A stretch of DNA of 64,000 nt from Candidatus Cloacimonadota bacterium (GCA_049903315.1 JBNGBT010000008.1:1-64000), one strand, 5' to 3'; positions 42,081 through 52,183 are shown, numbered from the stretch's first letter. The notes: a model not told the origin generated them from the letters alone. A program made the numbers and translations.

Positions 42081-43295
42081 TTATGAATATGTAAGAAGCT
42101 GCTCCATTCTCTTTCTATTATTGGAGTAGTTTAGAGCCACTTCTTTTGTGATTTCACCTTTCTTGTAGAGATTGAAAAGGTCTTGTTCCAGGGTTATCAT
42201 CCCATATTTCTTACCTTCAGTGATCATCTGGTAGATTTCACTAATGTTTTGATTTCGAATCGCAGCTTTAACAGAAGGGGTTACAGAAAGAATTTCTTTT
42301 GCGAGACTTCGTTTACCTTCTTTATTTGGAACTAATTTTTGTGAAAGTATTACAGAGAGTGTATCAGCAAGACGGAGACGAATTCGTTCTTGTTCCCGGG
42401 TTGGGAATTCGCCGACTATTCTGTGAAGACTGTCGACAGCTGAGCTTGTGTGAAGAGTAGAGAACGCTTTATGTCCGCTGTCTGTTGCTTCCAGGACTCT
42501 CGCGATAGTATCGGGATCTCTCATCTCGCCAACTATTATCACATCAGGATCCTGACGCAACGCCTGCACAACACCATTTTTAAAAGAAAGCACATCTTCC
42601 CCAACCTCTCTGTGGCGGAGTATACACCTGTCAGATTTATGAACATATTCAATAGGTGCACCGATGATAATAATATGTGCATCATTATTATGATTGTTCA
42701 TATCTATAATCGAATCCAAAGTGCTACTCTTTCCCGAACCCGTAATACCGGTAATGAGAATTAGACCTGATTTCTCATATTGCAGATCCATTCTTTGAAT
42801 GATCGGTTCAGGAAATCCGAGGACTTCAATTTTCAAGAGATTCTGATTGATTCTGCGGAAATTACCTACAAGCACATTGCTTTCATAATAGATATCACTA
42901 CGAAATCTGCTGGGACGCTCACCTTCTTCAAGAACCATTCCGACAGAAAGGTCAACATTTTTATCTTTAAAAAGAAGAACTTTCTGATCATCCGATAACA
43001 CGCTGAGAAGAATAGCGGTAACCTCATCATTATTATAATGTGGCATCTCAGCATTCGGGGATTTATTTCCGTAAATCCTGTACCAGACATTGTTGTTCGA
43101 GCCGGGTCCGCCGATATCAAGGTCAGAAGCATCTATTTCCCGCATGTACTTCAGGAGCTTGCGAAGGTGTTCATATGCCTCTTCCCGCCATGCTGCATTG
43201 TAAGTTATGATTTTATTAATGTTCTGAAAACGGCTTGTTCCAGTTAAATATTCTGGTAAACCAACAAGCATTTCCGGAGTAAATGATAAGCCCAT
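42081..43295 (-). CDS. pilT: PilT/PilU family retraction ATPase
   Basis: GITGSGKS, ALRQDPDVIIVGEMRD, GH..FSTLHT, GMITLEQDL. Confidence 0.88.
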   Translation of the reverse strand: MGLSFTPEMLVGLPEYLTGTSRFQNINKIITYNAAWREEAYEHLRKLLKYMREIDASDLDIGGPGSNNNVWYRIYGNKSPNAEMPHYNNDEVTAILLSVLSDDQKVLLFKDKNVDLSVGMVLEEGERPSRFRSDIYYESNVLVGNFRRINQNLLKIEVLGFPEPIIQRMDLQYEKSGLILITGITGSGKSSTLDSIIDMNNHNNDAHIIIIGAPIEYVHKSDRCILRHREVGEDVLSFKNGVVQALRQDPDVIIVGEMRDPDTIARVLEATDSGHKAFSTLHTSSAVDSLHRIVGEFPTREQERIRLRLADTLSVILSQKLVPNKEGKRSLAKEILSVTPSVKAAIRNQNISEIYQMITEGKKYGMITLEQDLFNLYKKGEITKEVALNYSNNRKRMEQLLTYS

Positions 43296-43362
43296 AGCTG
43301 TCCTGCCTATGCTTTTTTATTGTTGATGATCATGATCACTATAAAAATCTTGTTGAAAAATA

Positions 43363-44214
43363 CTATTTCTCGCCGGTTACGAGTTTGAGCATGACAATAC
43401 GCTGAATAGATTTTCTCCATTTTGAAAAGAGACAATTAATGAGGTTGATCATGAAGCGTTTCATAAGACGTTCACCTTTGTAGGCGAAAAAGTCGAGAAG
43501 CTTCTTCCGTTCGAAAAAGCGGATTTTACACGTAGTTTCGGACCGAAGGGTCGTGAATGTTGAACTTGCAAGTATGAAGTTTTCTTCAGCCCAGCTATCG
43601 TTCTTTCGAAGGTAGTCGACAGTAGTATTGCTCAACCAGATAGAGACTTCGCCATCTTCTACCAATACGATCGAGTTGGCGTTTTCATTATCAAGAGTAA
43701 TATTTTGTCCTGCTTCGAATTTGCGTATCCTTCCAAGAGCCATGAAATCATCTTTTTCTTCTTTCGTGAAGCCGTGAAGTATTGCCGGTTCATTTTTTGT
43801 GCCTTCCGTACCTGGCTCAAAAGCTTTTTGGAGAGGACCATACAGATCTTCTCCATACTGCAATCCTTTTTTCACTGCCTCGAGAAGCTCTTCTGCATTG
43901 ATGGGTTTAGAAAGATACTGGAAGGCTCCTGCGTGAACCGCCTTGACCGCACCCTCAATGCTGGAAAATCCCGTAGTGATGATGATTACGGCAAGGGGTT
44001 GTTTTTTCTTGATGCGTTTCATGGTTTCAAGCCCGTCCAATCTCGGCATGACCATATCAACCATGTAGAGGTCAAAGTCATCATAGTTCATCTTATCAAG
44101 GCCGTCCTGTCCGTCCACAGCAAGAGTGACCTTGTAGCCCTCTTCTTCTAAGAACTCTTTGCACAGCTCTCTGATGCTTTCCTCGTCATCAATGATTAAA
44201 ATGTGTTTTTGCAT
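43363..44214 (-). CDS. Response regulator: receiver plus cyclic-nucleotide-binding-like domain
   Basis: IDDE, VDMVMP, TTGF, SKP; C-terminal RKFEAGQNI...IVLVEDGEVSI..DYL..NDSWAE cNMP-fold pattern. Confidence 0.8.
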   Translation of the reverse strand: MQKHILIIDDEESIRELCKEFLEEEGYKVTLAVDGQDGLDKMNYDDFDLYMVDMVMPRLDGLETMKRIKKKQPLAVIIITTGFSSIEGAVKAVHAGAFQYLSKPINAEELLEAVKKGLQYGEDLYGPLQKAFEPGTEGTKNEPAILHGFTKEEKDDFMALGRIRKFEAGQNITLDNENANSIVLVEDGEVSIWLSNTTVDYLRKNDSWAEENFILASSTFTTLRSETTCKIRFFERKKLLDFFAYKGERLMKRFMINLINCLFSKWRKSIQRIVMLKLVTGEK

Positions 44215-44231
44215 ATACTAACCTGCTATAT

Positions 44232-45131
44232 TTATTTATTTCTCGCGTTCTTTATAAGAGTAAGACGTTTTAATTCTTGCAAACGGGCGAGGATGCCATT
44301 GATCTTATTTATAGCTTCCGAAATCTGATTGCTAGACTTGTGAAGTTTTTCATCATTGTATTCACTCGCTGCTTTTTTTACTCTGCTGAGTGAAAGCGAA
44401 ATAATACTCAGAGGATTATTGATATCATGATCTATACCTGCAAGAGATGCTGATACTGCAACAACTTCCTGATAGTCCTTCAACATTTTTTCATCCGAAA
44501 CGATCCTGCTTTCCTTATCTTTAAGGAAATCTTCCTGGTTTTTAAGTTTGTCATTCGCCTCGAGTACCTTGAGTGAGAGCTGTCTGACCATACCACTAAT
44601 GTAGCTCGAAATGAAAGCAATCACAGTAAACAGCCCGGTGTAAGAAATAAGAAAGATCGTTTGGGTTGCCACATCAGGATCATAGGCTAGCCCGTTAACA
44701 GGGCTCAGCAAACCAAAGTTATAACAAAGTATAAGAAGCAATAAGCTCATGCTTCCTATCATTGCAGCTATAAATCCACCTGCTTTTTCGATTGATAAAC
44801 TTGCAGTGACAACCGCCACAAGGTATATCCAAACGAAAGAGCTTTCGAGACCACCGGTAAGATGAACAACGATCGTGCCAAAAATAATATCAAGTATTAT
44901 TTGCGCTGCCCCAACCAGGTTGCTCGATGTAATTATTTGAAGATGAAACAGTATATTCAGCACACTGATGCCGAGAAATGCCCCGACAAAAGCGATTATA
45001 GGAACGGTTTGATGTACCATACCTATGCGAAGGAGACCGATCGCAAAAAGTATGAGTACAATAAACCAGCGAATCTTCAACCACCAGGAAAACATGAGTT
45101 TTTCCGAGTCTAATAATCTTATTTGCTCCAT
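44232..45131 (-). CDS. PilS-like membrane sensor with HisKA (DHp) domain but no ATPase domain
   Basis: About 6 TM segments incl. QIILD..VHLTGGLESSF..IY; H-box HDINNPL; ORF ends with no N/G1/F/G2 boxes. Confidence 0.75.
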   Translation of the reverse strand: MEQIRLLDSEKLMFSWWLKIRWFIVLILFAIGLLRIGMVHQTVPIIAFVGAFLGISVLNILFHLQIITSSNLVGAAQIILDIIFGTIVVHLTGGLESSFVWIYLVAVVTASLSIEKAGGFIAAMIGSMSLLLLILCYNFGLLSPVNGLAYDPDVATQTIFLISYTGLFTVIAFISSYISGMVRQLSLKVLEANDKLKNQEDFLKDKESRIVSDEKMLKDYQEVVAVSASLAGIDHDINNPLSIISLSLSRVKKAASEYNDEKLHKSSNQISEAINKINGILARLQELKRLTLIKNARNK

Positions 45132-45155
45132 ATGTCTATCCTTATATGTTTTTTT

Positions 45156-46046
45156 TTATCCTTCATTCCATTCAAATATTTCAATTGATATATCTATTGG
45201 AAAAGCATTAAAGGCATCTCTCACGACATCTGCGTCGAAGGATACCTCGGCATGAGCCCCCAATGATGAATCACCAATCACATACACTGCGCCGGTTATA
45301 TTGGAATGCGCACCAAAATTCACATCACCAAAAACAACTAAAATGCCACTAAAATCAATTTGAGCTGTTGCATTAAGATCTCCATTAATAATGAGGATCC
45401 CTGCACCAGACCAGAAAGATTGAACACGTAAATTGTTGTCCATCCAGGTCAGGCTATCGGGCATTGGTTCATTATTCGCAGGAGTTTCTATGTATGAGCC
45501 CAAGGACACACACTCATCCATAATTTCTTGTTCTGTAAAACCGAAAACCTCTTCAAAATTGAATATGGAATCTTCAACAACAGTTCCATTTACTACAGCA
45601 TGAGCTTTAATCGTTATTGAGCCGCCAGTGACAATTGCAGCAGTTATATTAGAAACAGTTCCTTCGTCGGTATAAAATCCAAATCGTGCAAATGCGTGAT
45701 GAGTTGCATGAGATTCAAGCTCTTGATAGCTTACATAAGAATCCAAACGTACCGTACCACCGGACATTCTGGAATAGGTGATACTATCAATCGAGCCGTC
45801 AAAAACATTCATTGGCACGAAGTTATCAATCGAACCGTGAGTACTGTCCGTAAATGTGACATTTCCTTTGAGAAGTTCGCTCATACCATACTGAAGAGCA
45901 TAATTCGAAAGAGATCGTGCTTGACTGTTTGCAACATCATCGGTGACAATCACCGGCACTTTATCGCTACCCTTGCTGCTTGAGACAACGATTACTACTA
46001 CTATAGCGAGTAGTAGAAGCGAAATGATAAGGATAGCTTTTCCCAT
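45156..46046 (-). CDS. PilX-like minor pilin with short beta-helix domain
   Basis: MGKAILIISLLLL hydrophobic N-terminus; ARSLSNYAL helix; GILIINGD/GILVVFGD/GAVYVIGD repeats. Confidence 0.65.
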   Translation of the reverse strand: MGKAILIISLLLLAIVVVIVVSSSKGSDKVPVIVTDDVANSQARSLSNYALQYGMSELLKGNVTFTDSTHGSIDNFVPMNVFDGSIDSITYSRMSGGTVRLDSYVSYQELESHATHHAFARFGFYTDEGTVSNITAAIVTGGSITIKAHAVVNGTVVEDSIFNFEEVFGFTEQEIMDECVSLGSYIETPANNEPMPDSLTWMDNNLRVQSFWSGAGILIINGDLNATAQIDFSGILVVFGDVNFGAHSNITGAVYVIGDSSLGAHAEVSFDADVVRDAFNAFPIDISIEIFEWNEG

Positions 46047-46050
46047 GATA

Positions 46051-47961
46051 TTACGGCATCCAGTAAAGTATCTCTATATCCTCGAGCTCACCTGCTTCTG
46101 CTGATTCCTCGTCCATTGGTTCAGGTTCGGACTCTGGCTCTGGTTCAGGTTCGGGAAGTCCCGGATCGGGTGAAACTGTCGGTTCATTACAGATTATCTC
46201 AATCCACCAATGACCCATTGCGTTGCCGGGTCCTCCGACATTTCTCAAATTAACTGTCATATCATCTGAGGTTATAGTATAGGTAGTCCCTGTTGCCATA
46301 GAAATTACTGTTTCATTCACAATAATAGTATTTCCACCGGATTTAGCACGCAATCGAATTTCAGTAGCTGCTCCAGCATAGGTATACGATGAACCACCTG
46401 ATAGAAGTGTTGCTCTATCAATCTGACCGCTTGGTGTTTGCATTCTGAAACTTCGTGAGGAGTTGTTTGTAGGATTGATATTAAGATCAGCTTCCATTGA
46501 GAGTGCTGGAGTTTCTTCTTCATCTTCAGGTTCTCCGCCACCATCTACTTCATCACCGCCACCGGAATAGCTGACGAGAATTGTTGCAAAGCTTGTATGA
46601 TCATTTTCGTTCCCATATTCATCTTCACTGACAAGAGCTGTGATATCAACCTGTACAGTATATGCACCAGTCACAACAGGGGTTTCTTCTTCAGTGTCCT
46701 CGATGTCGGGAACAGGATCTGTCCAGCTGGTACTTGCAGTTATATTTCCACTTCCGGTAATACTAAGAGTGTTTGCTACAAGTATGCCGCTGATACTTCC
46801 GGATCCGGTAATTGAAGCTGCTGCATTTGGTGCATACAGAGCTCGAACATATGCATTTGCCGCTCCGTTCACATCAAGCGTAGAACCTCCGCATATGATG
46901 TGACCCGTAATACCTCCAGAGCCGCCGATACGAAGATTAGCAGATTCGATATACATAGAGCCATTGTACGTCGTGGCGCCAGCAAGATTAATATCTGTTG
47001 CACCGGAATAGTACATGTGAACCTTGCTTGCGTCTCCACCGGTATTTATGATGCTGCTTCCTGTGAGGGAAAATGAGTTTTCAACATAAAATATCAAATT
47101 GCCGGTTCCCTGGAGTTCAATAAAACCCTGTCCAACACTCAAGGTGCCAACAACGATCCTTCTCGTTCCGGAGCCGACATCTATAGTAATTGTTCGTCCA
47201 CTCGTAGCGCTGATAGAGGAATAATATCCATCATCATCAATAAGATAAACACCAGAAGAAGACCATGGCGTACTGAAGGCACCCCGGTCAGTAAGCTCGG
47301 GGAAGTCCGGATATGTGGGAAGTGGATATGTGCGGGCTGCAGGAAGATTCGAAATGGTTCCGGTAATATTATCTTCAGGGGTGCGCCCCCAGCCGGCTGA
47401 GTTTATCACGTCATTATAGTCAGCACCAGGACCGACATAAAAATCTCCATCCACCTGAGTACTCCATGCAAAATTGACACTGTTTGTGGCAGTGGAATTC
47501 GTTCCTGTCGTTCCGTCGATGCTTGCACTGCCACTAAGAGTAATAGCACCGTTTGAAAAGATCATATCTAGAGCTGGTATGGTAACAGATTCCCCTTCCT
47601 CTTCCTCCTCTTCTTCCTCTCCTTCTTCACCTCCTCCTTCTGTTGTTACGGGGTCTCCAAAATCATAGGTGATCATATCTATACTTCCGTCAAGAGCAGG
47701 AACATCAAAAAATGCATAATGGTACGAGCCACTTTCGTCATCAAAAATAGATGAGTTTGACTCGGTGATAACTTCGTTACGGACCTGTTTAATAGCCCAC
47801 TTGAGTGCATATGCCCCGAGATTTATAAGATCTGACCGCACTTCTTTTTGTGAGATCTTTTCAGGAATCACATCAGCTTTTCGTTCAACAGAGAGAGTAA
47901 CAGACGCAATAACGACGATAACAGCAAGAAGTAATGCCATTATTAAAACTGCTTTGCCCAT
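46051..47961 (-). CDS. Large PilX-like minor pilin/adhesin with inserted beta-helix domain
   Basis: AGGAGG RBS before ATG 47961; MGKAVLIMALLL; paralogous to 45156..46046; (L/I)xGS repeats, LYAPNA; acidic linkers. Confidence 0.65.
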   Translation of the reverse strand: MGKAVLIMALLLAVIVVIASVTLSVERKADVIPEKISQKEVRSDLINLGAYALKWAIKQVRNEVITESNSSIFDDESGSYHYAFFDVPALDGSIDMITYDFGDPVTTEGGGEEGEEEEEEEEGESVTIPALDMIFSNGAITLSGSASIDGTTGTNSTATNSVNFAWSTQVDGDFYVGPGADYNDVINSAGWGRTPEDNITGTISNLPAARTYPLPTYPDFPELTDRGAFSTPWSSSGVYLIDDDGYYSSISATSGRTITIDVGSGTRRIVVGTLSVGQGFIELQGTGNLIFYVENSFSLTGSSIINTGGDASKVHMYYSGATDINLAGATTYNGSMYIESANLRIGGSGGITGHIICGGSTLDVNGAANAYVRALYAPNAAASITGSGSISGILVANTLSITGSGNITASTSWTDPVPDIEDTEEETPVVTGAYTVQVDITALVSEDEYGNENDHTSFATILVSYSGGGDEVDGGGEPEDEEETPALSMEADLNINPTNNSSRSFRMQTPSGQIDRATLLSGGSSYTYAGAATEIRLRAKSGGNTIIVNETVISMATGTTYTITSDDMTVNLRNVGGPGNAMGHWWIEIICNEPTVSPDPGLPEPEPEPESEPEPMDEESAEAGELEDIEILYWMP

Positions 47962-48050
47962 GGGCACCTCCTGACCAAAAATTTTTTTCTTCCAGCAAAA
48001 AACAACTTATTTTGCCTTTTTGTCAATACTTTTAATAATTATTATAAATA

Positions 48051-48599
48051 CTATATATATAGATTCTTAAAATATTTCCAAATTTGGATACGATGCAGGA
48101 TAAATCTTTTATCAATATCTTCACGAAAGGTATCATATTGAAATTCCATAATCATTTGAACATAGCGAACAAGAGAATCAGCTGGATTAGGATTATCATT
48201 GACATCATAATAAGTGAACTGAATACCAAAATCCGAGAGCTCAAATGGACCAAGAACAGGTGTGACACTTCCGTCAACATAAACAGCGAGTTGTTTATTA
48301 TCGGCAAGATCTTCCTGTGCCATATTCACAATATGCCTGGCGCCGCCCACACTATCAGCATAGGAAAAGGTAAAGAGCGTATCCTGTGTAGAGATGACAG
48401 CAGAATCTGCAACACCAGCTCCCACGAGAGAAAGATAACTCTCTATTACTGATACAACATCTTCAGAGATTTCGACCAACTCAATCTGTTCATTTATATT
48501 AACACCGGCTGCATGAAGATTAATAATTGATGTGATCATAGTAAGAATGAAAATTCCACCAATTATTGTTGCACCAATTGCTTCTAATATCGCAGCCAT
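48051..48599 (-). CDS. Minor pilin-like protein (PilW-like position)
   Basis: N-terminal hydrophobic helix MAAILEAIGATIIGGIFILTMI; IQFTYYD motif; context. Confidence 0.6.
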   Translation of the reverse strand: MAAILEAIGATIIGGIFILTMITSIINLHAAGVNINEQIELVEISEDVVSVIESYLSLVGAGVADSAVISTQDTLFTFSYADSVGGARHIVNMAQEDLADNKQLAVYVDGSVTPVLGPFELSDFGIQFTYYDVNDNPNPADSLVRYVQMIMEFQYDTFREDIDKRFILHRIQIWKYFKNLYI

Positions 48600-48601
48600 A
48601 A

Positions 48602-49036
48602 TTAATAATATAAATCCACAAACACTTTGCTTATTGGATATTGCGGCATACCGATCCAGAGAGTATCACCATCCGGATGGAGAGCCCACATGCTCATATC
48701 AACCCGAATAAATTCGGGAGTTACTGTAGCCGTGTCAGCTCCGGTTACTGTGCAGGGAGTTGTAGTAATGTTAAGATGATAAACCAAATCAGACACAGTT
48801 AGAGAATCGGAGCGACCATTATATGAGGTCTGAAGTCCATCAAATGGTAAAATGTTACCCAAAATCTTTGCCTCTATCTCTTGAAAGTATTTATCAAGTA
48901 TTTTTTGTCCGTTTAAAAGATACATTCCTTTATATGCAAGATCAGCCTGGTCGAAAAGGCTATTATATGTTGTCAGATATATGGTGGAAAACAGTACCAT
49001 TGCAAGAAGGATAAGGAATATCTGTCCGTAGGTCAT
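48602..49036 (-). CDS. Minor pilin-like protein (PilV-like position)
   Basis: MTYGQIFLILLAMVLFS hydrophobic start; 144 aa; directly after pilB. Confidence 0.6.
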   Translation of the reverse strand: MTYGQIFLILLAMVLFSTIYLTTYNSLFDQADLAYKGMYLLNGQKILDKYFQEIEAKILGNILPFDGLQTSYNGRSDSLTVSDLVYHLNITTTPCTVTGADTATVTPEFIRVDMSMWALHPDGDTLWIGMPQYPISKVFVDLYY

Positions 49037-49038
49037 TA

Positions 49039-50823
49039 TTAACCCTCAGATGTCGCATAGGACACTTCAGAAACTGATGTCAGCCCTTTGCGTATCCTAT
49101 CCAATCCTGAATCAAGAAGAGAAAGCATGCCCTGTGTTTCTGCAATTTTGCGTATTTTGTCTTCATCGATATCATCGCCGGATTCCATGATAGCTTTTCG
49201 TATTTCATCTGTGAAGTAGAGTGCCTCGCAGATATTTACACGGCCTTTATAACCGTTCATGCATTTTTTGCAGCCATTACCGGCTTCATACACTAAGCCC
49301 TTTTTTAGATCTTCTTCTGTCAGTCCAAGTTCAAGAGCTCCTTTATACTTGTCTCGGGAAAGAGGGCGTCTACACTCTGGACAGAGTTTTCTTACCAGAC
49401 GCTGGGCGATAATTATGTTCATTGCATAGGCAAGAAGGAAGGTTTCGACCCCCATTTTATAAAGCCGTGATATTGCACTTGGTGCATCATTTGTATGAAG
49501 TGTAGAGAATGTTAAATGACCCGTGTTTGCCAATTTTACGGCTACATCAGCAGTGATCTTATCGCGGATCTCACCCACCATTACAATATCAGGGTCATGA
49601 CGGAGAATTGAACGAATCGCCTGATCAAAGGTCATTTTTGCGCCGATCTTTAATTGTCGTGCTCCTTTGATAACATACTCAACCGGGTCTTCACAGGTGA
49701 GCACATTTTTGGAGGGATCAATCACATGATGAAGGGCAGCCATAAGAGTCGTACTTTTACCACTGCCGGTAGGACCAGTGAGTAAAATAATCCCTTTGGA
49801 TTTATTAACAGCCTTGAGGAAATCTGATTCCGCCTGTTTTTGTAGACCCAATTTTTGAAGATCAGTAATTACATTTCGGTCATCAATAACACGGATCACA
49901 ATACTTTCAAACCGGCGTTCATACTCAGAAGAAATAATTGGAAGCACAGACACACGAAAACGGATCAAATAACCGTCAACAATTCGCTGCGCAAAACCAT
50001 CCTGAGCATTGTCTCTTTCAAACCTATCGATTCCGCTTGTTCGGTCTTTCACAACTGCGGCAATAGCTTCAGGAGAGGTTTTTTCCTGGCGGTGCCATTG
50101 AATCAGTTTGCCATCAACACGGAACAGAAAATCAACATTGGAACGTTGATAAGGTATGATATGAATATCACTTGCCCCTTTTCGAACTGCCTCGATAAGG
50201 CTTCCTTCAAAAAGGTTGACGAGTAAGCTTTTGTTGATCTCATCATCAAGAGCATATTCGTCTAGCCCCTCTTCTTTTCCTTCTTCCGGAACTTCCTCGA
50301 TCTGCTCGCCGGCTTCACTGAGAATTTCCAAAAATTCGTTTTTTTGAGGAGCGATTATCTTTATGAGTTCCTCGACAGTAGATAAAGGGCAGTAGGCTAC
50401 CTCGTATTTTTTAAACTCAGTATTCAGCGGGATTTTTTCCACAATTTTATCAGTCGGATCAGCAGCAAGAATCACTAAAGTAGTGCGTCTTCCTTGTGCG
50501 ATTTGATAAGGAAGCACCTTCCTATACAGCAATTCACGTTTCAGATCATCAGGAAACTTTGAAAGTATATCTCTCGTATGTTTTATTTGAGTTTGATCCA
50601 GCTTATCTACATTGATTTCTACTTTTCTAAAAGCATAAAGATCGGCAAGAAGTCCATAGACATCATCATGTTTGACCTTAAGGTCAGCAACCAGAATGTC
50701 CTCCAATCTTCTGGGATTGGATGGATCTTCATCTGCCTGAATGATAAGAGCTTTATTTAAGACATCTTTATCAATAACGCCTTTATCAACTAATAGTTTG
50801 CCTAAGCGTGATTTTCCTAACAT
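49039..50823 (-). CDS. pilB: PilB/GspE assembly ATPase with N-terminal MshEN motif
   Basis: ASDIHI, GPTGSGKST, EDPVEY, LRHDPDIVMVGEIRD, STLHTND, CPEC...CKKC zinc site. Confidence 0.95.
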   Translation of the reverse strand: MLGKSRLGKLLVDKGVIDKDVLNKALIIQADEDPSNPRRLEDILVADLKVKHDDVYGLLADLYAFRKVEINVDKLDQTQIKHTRDILSKFPDDLKRELLYRKVLPYQIAQGRRTTLVILAADPTDKIVEKIPLNTEFKKYEVAYCPLSTVEELIKIIAPQKNEFLEILSEAGEQIEEVPEEGKEEGLDEYALDDEINKSLLVNLFEGSLIEAVRKGASDIHIIPYQRSNVDFLFRVDGKLIQWHRQEKTSPEAIAAVVKDRTSGIDRFERDNAQDGFAQRIVDGYLIRFRVSVLPIISSEYERRFESIVIRVIDDRNVITDLQKLGLQKQAESDFLKAVNKSKGIILLTGPTGSGKSTTLMAALHHVIDPSKNVLTCEDPVEYVIKGARQLKIGAKMTFDQAIRSILRHDPDIVMVGEIRDKITADVAVKLANTGHLTFSTLHTNDAPSAISRLYKMGVETFLLAYAMNIIIAQRLVRKLCPECRRPLSRDKYKGALELGLTEEDLKKGLVYEAGNGCKKCMNGYKGRVNICEALYFTDEIRKAIMESGDDIDEDKIRKIAETQGMLSLLDSGLDRIRKGLTSVSEVSYATSEG

Positions 50824-50839
50824 ATATTTTCCTTAACTA

Positions 50840-52183
50840 TTACATACCGGGTGTTTTGGGCGAAACTGTTGCGATTTCTGCAGAAACAACAGTTAATGCT
50901 GTTATAACAATACCAATAAATGCTCCTATAAGTGTTTGAATAGATGAAATCAGATTTTGCATTTTGTAGGTTGTTTCTTTTTCATAAAATTTTGCGATCT
51001 GTTGAGCCGCAGTCAGCACATTACCGGTTTCCGAACCTGTTTTGAATCTACTTAAGGTTGTTTGATTAAACACCTTTGCTGCGGCAAGTGCAGGCACAAG
51101 GGACATCCCTTCCTTAAGCATCAGCGGTATTGTTATTTCTTTAATATTTTTTTCCATGTGTGCATTTCTACACGCCTCAGCAGACGCTTGAATTGTTTCA
51201 ATGTTGTTTTCAGCGCCAGAATATATTGCTGCGAATACACGACAGAAAATTTCTATGCTGGATTTATGTAGGAGTTTGCCAATAACAGGAAGCTTGATAA
51301 TCATAGCATCACGCCAAACGCGGCCATCAGGTGTCCGCCACCAAATACCTAAACCAATGATTGGTATAATTACCATGAATGCCATCCACCACCAATTGGC
51401 TGCAAAGAAATCACTCATCTGAAGTGTGGCAGCAGTAAGCTTTGGCACCTCAACACCGGATTTTATAAATAATTCCGCAGTAGTGGGAAAGATAGAAATA
51501 ATATAATAAAGCACAGCTGCGATCATTGCCAGAACAGTGAACATCGGTGTCATCAATGCCTGTTTCAAGCTCTTTTTATATTCCATATCCCGTTCCATGA
51601 ACTTCGCAGTTGCATCATACACTTCTGCCATGTTACCACTTTTGGTAGCAAGACCAAGCATATAAGCGGGGAATTTACCAAAGACATCAGCATATCGGTT
51701 AAAAACCTCTGTTCCTTCTTTACCCTTTTTAAGTTCACTTTCAATTTTTTTCAGCGTGGATCTTAGTGTCGGGTTTGTTTCTTCTTCAGCAAGCATACGT
51801 AGAATTTTATCATAGCTCATTTGTTCCTTGAGCAGGAAGGAGCTGAGATTGACGAACATAAGGATATTTGCAAAGGATGGTTTGGATTGAAAGTCAAAAA
51901 TTACGGGCTCGATCTTCGCATTAGTATATCCAATTCTTGCAAGCGCTTGTGCGAGTTCTAGCTTAGAAAAAGCAACTTGTTTTCCCTTAACCTTTTTACC
52001 GCTTGGTAGTTTTATTTTATAGATGAAGTTTGTTTTTTGGTCAATTTGATTTACAGAAATATTCTGCTTTATTTCAGTATCATGAATGAGCTTTTTGGCG
52101 TTTGATTTGGAGCTTGCAAGAACAACGCCCTGAACAGAATTACCTGATTGGTTAATTCCTGTATAGCGAAATTCTTTTAACAT
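50840..52183 (-). CDS. pilC: PilC/GspF platform protein
   Basis: Two T2SSF-like domains (KSGNM, GSETGNV), KLPVIG, LPKLT-like VPKLT, 3 TM. Confidence 0.9.
   Translation of the reverse strand: MLKEFRYTGINQSGNSVQGVVLASSKSNAKKLIHDTEIKQNISVNQIDQKTNFIYKIKLPSGKKVKGKQVAFSKLELAQALARIGYTNAKIEPVIFDFQSKPSFANILMFVNLSSFLLKEQMSYDKILRMLAEEETNPTLRSTLKKIESELKKGKEGTEVFNRYADVFGKFPAYMLGLATKSGNMAEVYDATAKFMERDMEYKKSLKQALMTPMFTVLAMIAAVLYYIISIFPTTAELFIKSGVEVPKLTAATLQMSDFFAANWWWMAFMVIIPIIGLGIWWRTPDGRVWRDAMIIKLPVIGKLLHKSSIEIFCRVFAAIYSGAENNIETIQASAEACRNAHMEKNIKEITIPLMLKEGMSLVPALAAAKVFNQTTLSRFKTGSETGNVLTAAQQIAKFYEKETTYKMQNLISSIQTLIGAFIGIVITALTVVSAEIATVSPKTPGM

Noticed and set aside
47590..47640. Purine-rich low-complexity tract as a phase-variation switch
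   Set aside because: Mixed GAA/GAG/GGA codons encoding a poly-Glu linker; triplet slippage would keep the frame
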